A DNA stretch of 12,356 nt from an uncultured archaeon. Lineage in GTDB: Archaea; Asgardarchaeota; Thorarchaeia; Thorarchaeales; Thorarchaeaceae. A program made the translations under genes and the position numbers. Below the pieces are notes generated by a model. The model made no database searches, was not told the origin of the DNA, and was given only the letters and a program-made list of their open reading frames with translations. Every line of letters starts with the position of its first letter. Position 1 is the first letter of the stretch. The stretch covers positions 1-12,356 of the forward strand of contig CAYWJO010000069.1 in NCBI GenBank assembly GCA_964458565.1, read 5' to 3'. Shown here piece by piece: positions 8,816 through 12,356 of this stretch.

Positions 8816-8881
8816 CCTCTTTTATTCGCACTACGAAACGTAATATGCGAGAAGTGTTCAATTTGGAATGAGTTGATAAAT

Positions 8882-9403
8882 TTGGCAGAAAGATGTACAT
8901 CTTGTGGAAAGAAGATCCCGCCAAAGATGGTTCCACGAATGAAAAAAGTCTCAGGAAGTCATCAGCCATTATGCAGAAGGTGTGTTCTAGATAAGGCCGA
9001 ATCTGGCGAATTGAGACGTCTTCATTGTAGGGACTGCAATAAAGATATTGAACCCAATATTGTACAAAGGATTTTACGTGCTAGGAAGAGAGGTCGTATC
9101 GTTCCTTTGATTTGCAAAGATTGTTTTGTCAAGCGTCGTGGAGGACGAGAAGCACCACTCAGGACTCCAGTTGTCAGTGGTGATACGCGAGTGGAAGTGA
9201 GATATGTAGAGCGTGAGGTTACTGCACAACCTGAACAATTGACGTCAAGAGCTCCAGAAATAATTGATCTTGATGTAGAGGAATGGGAGTGTATGACTTG
9301 TGCTGCGCCACTGGAACCAGATGAGGTCAATGAAATCCGAAAGAATAACGTTGTCCGATGCGAATATTGTGGATGCAGTATTAGTGCTGATCAATATCGA
9401 TAA
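8882..9403 (+). CDS. Basic protein with three C4 zinc fingers
   Basis: Paired CTSC/CRRC, CRDC/CKDC and CMTC/CEYC. TTG 8882 is preferred as start (GAGTTGAT upstream; avoids an unpaired seventh CxxC and overlap with the RNA structure). Confidence 0.75.
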   Translation: MAERCTSCGKKIPPKMVPRMKKVSGSHQPLCRRCVLDKAESGELRRLHCRDCNKDIEPNIVQRILRARKRGRIVPLICKDCFVKRRGGREAPLRTPVVSGDTRVEVRYVEREVTAQPEQLTSRAPEIIDLDVEEWECMTCAAPLEPDEVNEIRKNNVVRCEYCGCSISADQYR

Positions 9404-9419
9404 GAACGACAAATCAACT

Positions 9420-9454
9420 GCGTTGGGAGGAAGGGTAAAAGTTTCTCCCAATGC
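9420..9454 (+). terminator. Stable hairpin just 3' of the zinc-finger gene
   Basis: GCGTTGGGAGGAA/TTTCTCCCAATGC 13-bp stem (two G-U), 9-nt loop, then CTCTTT. Confidence 0.45.
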
Positions 9455-9659
9455 TGGCTCTTTAGGTTCTCATAAATACTGATTGATACTCATATCCATT
9501 TTGAACGAAGCTCTCCATGAAAATGGTAGAATTGCTCTCATTATGTAACTACTAGAGCAAAACCCTATATTCTTTCAAAACAAGAGAATCCTCAGATGAG
9601 GTATTTTCTTTGAGAAATACCTTGAACAAAATTAGAGGGAAGATAAAATACCGATTGAA

Positions 9660-10028
9660 ATGAGAGCTAGTAACTACAGTGTGGAATCGCTCATTGATTT
9701 TCTATCAATGGAATTTTCGAACAAACTACAACAAGTCGCTAGATTTTCAGACGGTCTAATGGCAGTGTTTGTGCGTGATAAGTTGATGCTGCGAAATATG
9801 CAGACACTCACTGTAACAGTCACTGTAGAATGGAAGGAGCTATATAATGCGGCTATAATAAGGATTGTAGCAAGTGGTGGCAGAGAGGGTATCTTTCGAC
9901 TTGATATGTGGGGCGCTGAAAATGGTGCTGAGAAGTGGGCTCAACGTGAGATACAAAAGGCGCTGGTGCACATTGATAGCAATGGCAGAACAACTCACTC
10001 AAGCCCAAGCAGACGTCCTGTCGAGTAG
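9660..10028 (+). CDS. Hypothetical protein, DUF6054-like
   Basis: TLTVTV...IRIVASGGREGIFRLDMWGAE resembles the SGG..G.F...WG.E motif recalled for DUF6054; not verified by search. Confidence 0.55.
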   Translation: MRASNYSVESLIDFLSMEFSNKLQQVARFSDGLMAVFVRDKLMLRNMQTLTVTVTVEWKELYNAAIIRIVASGGREGIFRLDMWGAENGAEKWAQREIQKALVHIDSNGRTTHSSPSRRPVE

Positions 10029-10063
10029 AAATTAATGGGTTCATAAATAGGAGATTTTCATGC

Positions 10064-10606
10064 ATGGGAATTATAGAGGCTATCAGTCGTCAAAAGCGGG
10101 CGTTTGGCTTGATTCTGATCCTTTTCATTATAGGATTATTTATCGTCCCACGTTTAGTTATGGTGTTTCAGGATATGTCAAAGCGAACAATTCTCTATCA
10201 GACACCTAGCGATGGTGAGGATATTGAAATTGGTGAGTGGATGCATGGAGCTATAATAATAGAACCACCACCTGAAGGGTTGATGAACTTTATTGCCATT
10301 TCAGTAGATGTCATTGTATGGAATGATTGCACCTATACGTTGGATATGAACTACGGGATTGTAACAATCACTCCTTCTCAATATCTCGAACTTAACTCGA
10401 CAGAGAAAGATATCATGTTCGGGAATGGATTTCGTTATATCAGTCAGAACAAATCATATACGGGAGAGTCTCAAACAAGCATTTCATCTACGGGTACTCA
10501 TGTATGGGCATTGAAATTTGTAGGTACATATGTAGATGTGCCAGCTATGACCATCAGGGTCTTTTTCACAATTTCAATTATACATGATACAGCTCCAATT
10601 TATTGA
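10064..10606 (+). CDS. Hypothetical protein with N-terminal membrane anchor
   Basis: RQKR followed by a ~22-aa hydrophobic helix and a beta-rich soluble part; AGGAGA RBS-like sequence upstream. Confidence 0.7.
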   Translation: MGIIEAISRQKRAFGLILILFIIGLFIVPRLVMVFQDMSKRTILYQTPSDGEDIEIGEWMHGAIIIEPPPEGLMNFIAISVDVIVWNDCTYTLDMNYGIVTITPSQYLELNSTEKDIMFGNGFRYISQNKSYTGESQTSISSTGTHVWALKFVGTYVDVPAMTIRVFFTISIIHDTAPIY

Positions 10607-10621
10607 AGCAAATGTATTTCT

Positions 10622-10654
10622 AGAGGTAGTTGGGGAACTGCCCACCAACTCTCT
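10622..10654 (+). terminator. Hairpin downstream of the 10064 gene
   Basis: AGAG..AGTTGG / CCAACT-CTCT stem. Confidence 0.35.
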
Positions 10655-10662
10655 TGGAAGGG

Positions 10663-10803
10663 CTTACACAACTACAGTTAGATATCCAGATCGGATGAAC
10701 ATATCTGCACATCCCATTCTTACTTTAAATGCTCATTTGTTCTTCTTGCAGCCCCTTGTGCTTTAGATGTGCGACCTTCCAAGGTGCATCACAGGAACTC
10801 TAG
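10663..10803 (+). repeat. Upstream copy (copy 1) of the rRNA promoter/5' leader/16S 5' end
   Basis: Colinear blocks shared with 11372-11791: CTTA..CAAC, CGGATGA, CA(T/C)ATCTG(C/T)ACA, a 28-mer with 27/28 identity, TGTGCTT..AGATGTG, ACCTT..AAGGT, and an identical TCACAGGAACTCTAG. Confidence 0.88.
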
Positions 10804-10813
10804 TTGAGCGTAA

Positions 10814-11230
10814 TCAAAAAGTATCATGATAGTGTTCACTATCTAAATAATCAACATAATACTCAAGCTTTTCAATCAATGATGGTTTAGGTTTGACAAG
10901 TTCTCCCTTACTCTCACTCAGCTTCTTTTCATAAATTCCAGAAAGCCTGTATAGATCCCTATCCTCCTTACGAGTTTCTTCAAGGACAAATTCAGCATAC
11001 AACGCATACCCGAGAGCTTCGATCAGCTTCTGATGATACGGTTTGCAGCCAGGATGTCTCGCATAGAGAAAGAATCCGCCCTCATATTCCTTAATCTCAG
11101 TAACCATAAGACGACTCTTATACAACTTCTCTGCTTTCCGCTTAGCCAAATACTCATTTTCAAATATGCCCCTCAGCGAGAGAAGCTTTCCGTCCTTCTC
11201 AATAGATGGGGTGATTTCATCAATTAACAT
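10814..11230 (-). CDS. Hypothetical protein (138 aa, K/E/Y-rich) between the two rRNA leader copies
   Basis: Natural-looking composition and a TTTTTAAAAA TATA-like element ~35-45 nt upstream. No family recognised. Confidence 0.6.
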   Translation of the reverse strand: MLIDEITPSIEKDGKLLSLRGIFENEYLAKRKAEKLYKSRLMVTEIKEYEGGFFLYARHPGCKPYHQKLIEALGYALYAEFVLEETRKEDRDLYRLSGIYEKKLSESKGELVKPKPSLIEKLEYYVDYLDSEHYHDTF

Positions 11231-11371
11231 ATCATATCATCTTCCGTGCTTTCTTCTTAATTCCTTTTTAAAAAAAGAGTAGGAGTCTGTATGTGGTCTG
11301 GAGTAGATGTTTGTGTAATGAGTTTCGTATAATTGAGGTGCATGTAAAATGAAACGGAATCCTTACCATAC

Positions 11372-11784
11372 CTTAAACCAACACAATTTAGGCGTATTCC
11401 CACTTCCCGGATGACAACGTTCACATCTGTACACAACACCTTCTCTCAAAAGCTCATTTGTTCTTCTAGCAGCCCCTTGGAAAGCTTTTTATGAGAATGA
11501 CGGCAGAATCTCTTCTGTTCGCACATACTCGGTAACCAGAGAAGATGCCGTCGGCGAATGCCTAGCGATGATGCTCTGGACTTCCAAGTGCGACTATAAG
11601 ATGCGGACTTGAGATAGACCAGTGCCACTGTACTGGAATCCCCTCTTGTCTAAGATACGCTCAACAGGTGTGCAGATATTAAGGGTAAGTAGAAAACCCT
11701 GCCAATCTGTTATCCTTCATACTTCCATTATAGATAATCAGTGTGCTTACAGATGTGATACCTTGCCAAGGTCACGTCACAGGA
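11372..11784 (+). promoter_or_regulatory. rRNA promoter region and 5' external transcribed leader (copy 2)
   Basis: Directly precedes the 16S gene. Long-range helix 11421-11435/11742-11758 encloses the conserved 28-mer 11452-11479 (probable 5' strand of the 16S processing stem) and several hairpins. Confidence 0.75.
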
Positions 11785-12356
11785 ACTCTAGACGTGCGCC
11801 CATATTGAGCGCATGGGAGTGTTGATCCTGCTAGAGGACACTGCTATCGGCGTTGGGGTAAGACATGCGAGTCTAAAGGGTCCGCATCCGGGCTCTTGGC
11901 GAAAGGCTCAGTAACACGTCGTTAACCTCCCGTATGGACTTGGACACCGCCGGGAAACTGGCGTTAATCCAAGATAGATGCGTTGTTCTGGAAATGATTT
12001 CGCGTTGAAATGGGTGTTCTAGGTATGCTGAACATTCCGCCATACGATGGGACGGCGTCGGATCATAGCTGTTGGGGGGGTAAATTCCTCTCAAACTTAT
12101 GACCCGTACCGGCTATGTAAGTAGTTGCCGGGAGAAGAGCACTGAGACACGGGCTCTAGCCCCACGGGGCGCAGCAGTTACGAAACCTCACCAATGCGCT
12201 AACGCGTGAGTGGGCAACGCCGAGTGACAGGGGATAACTCTGTCTGTGGCGATAAGGTAGTATCTTTCGCTAGAAAGGAGAGGGCAAGGCTGGTGCCAGC
12301 CGCCGCGGTAAAACCAGCTCTTCGAGTGGTGTCCATGATTATTGAGCTTAAAGCGT
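11785..12356 (+). rRNA. rrs: 16S rRNA gene, archaeal (Asgard-like), 5' part, runs off the window; interrupted at 11792-11821
   Basis: TTGATCCTG, CATGCGAGTC, GGCTCAGTAACACGT, GGGAAACTG, ACTGAGACACGG, ACGGGGCGCAGCAG, GTGCCAGCCGCCGCGGTAA and TTATTGAGCTTAAAGCG occur in the correct order and spacing. The 5' end is approximate. Confidence 0.98.
11792..11821 (+). other. 30-nt BHB-type intron in 16S rRNA helix 1
   Basis: Central helix CTCT/GGAG, bulges AG^A and TG^T, intron stem CGTGCGC/GCGCATG, exon stem CAGGA/TCCTG. Removal gives ACTCTAG|TTGATCCTGCTAGAG. Confidence 0.87.

Noticed and set aside
8786-8881. Longer N-terminus of the zinc-finger ORF from ATG 8786
   Set aside because: Adds an unpaired CxxC and overlaps the RNA structure and a promoter-like CGAAACGTAATA. 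TTG 8882 has a better RBS.
10814-11230. Intron-encoded LAGLIDADG homing endonuclease
   Set aside because: No recognisable LAGLIDADG or other nuclease motif, and the ORF is antisense to the rRNA.
10731-11479. 28-nt direct repeats as a CRISPR array or IS ends
   Set aside because: Only two copies 721 nt apart, embedded in longer colinear leader homology; no cas or transposase gene.
11257-12094. Short ORFs 11257-11439, 11446-11628, 11622-11825 and 11873-12094
   Set aside because: They overlap the rRNA leader or 16S gene and lack protein-like features.

Overview
Archaeal chromosomal window. The divergent 16S rRNA, GGTGA ribosome-binding sites and gene set suggest an Asgard archaeon, probably Thorarchaeia; this is an inference and no database search was run. 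From left to right it contains: the 3' part of valS; two tandem OsmC-family genes; a SAM methyltransferase; a DUF302 protein; an intron-containing tRNA-Ala(CGC); an M1 aminopeptidase with HEAT repeats; a membrane protein plus wHTH regulator pair divergent from a secreted protein; a triple zinc-finger protein; two hypothetical genes; and the 5' ~570 nt of a 16S rRNA gene. The most unusual part is the rRNA 5' region. First, helix 1 of the 16S rRNA is interrupted by a 30-nt insert with full bulge-helix-bulge (BHB) intron geometry, about 7 nt from the mature 5' end. Second, the promoter-like region, 5' leader and first 16S nucleotides occur twice, ~0.7-1 kb apart, with an orphan antisense ORF between the copies. 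The upstream copy keeps exactly the nucleotides needed to form the same BHB junction, so it could be an alternative first exon or the scar of an integration into the 16S 5' end. Also notable are a candidate structured RNA at 8725-8815 and a repeated palindromic operator at 8041-8121.
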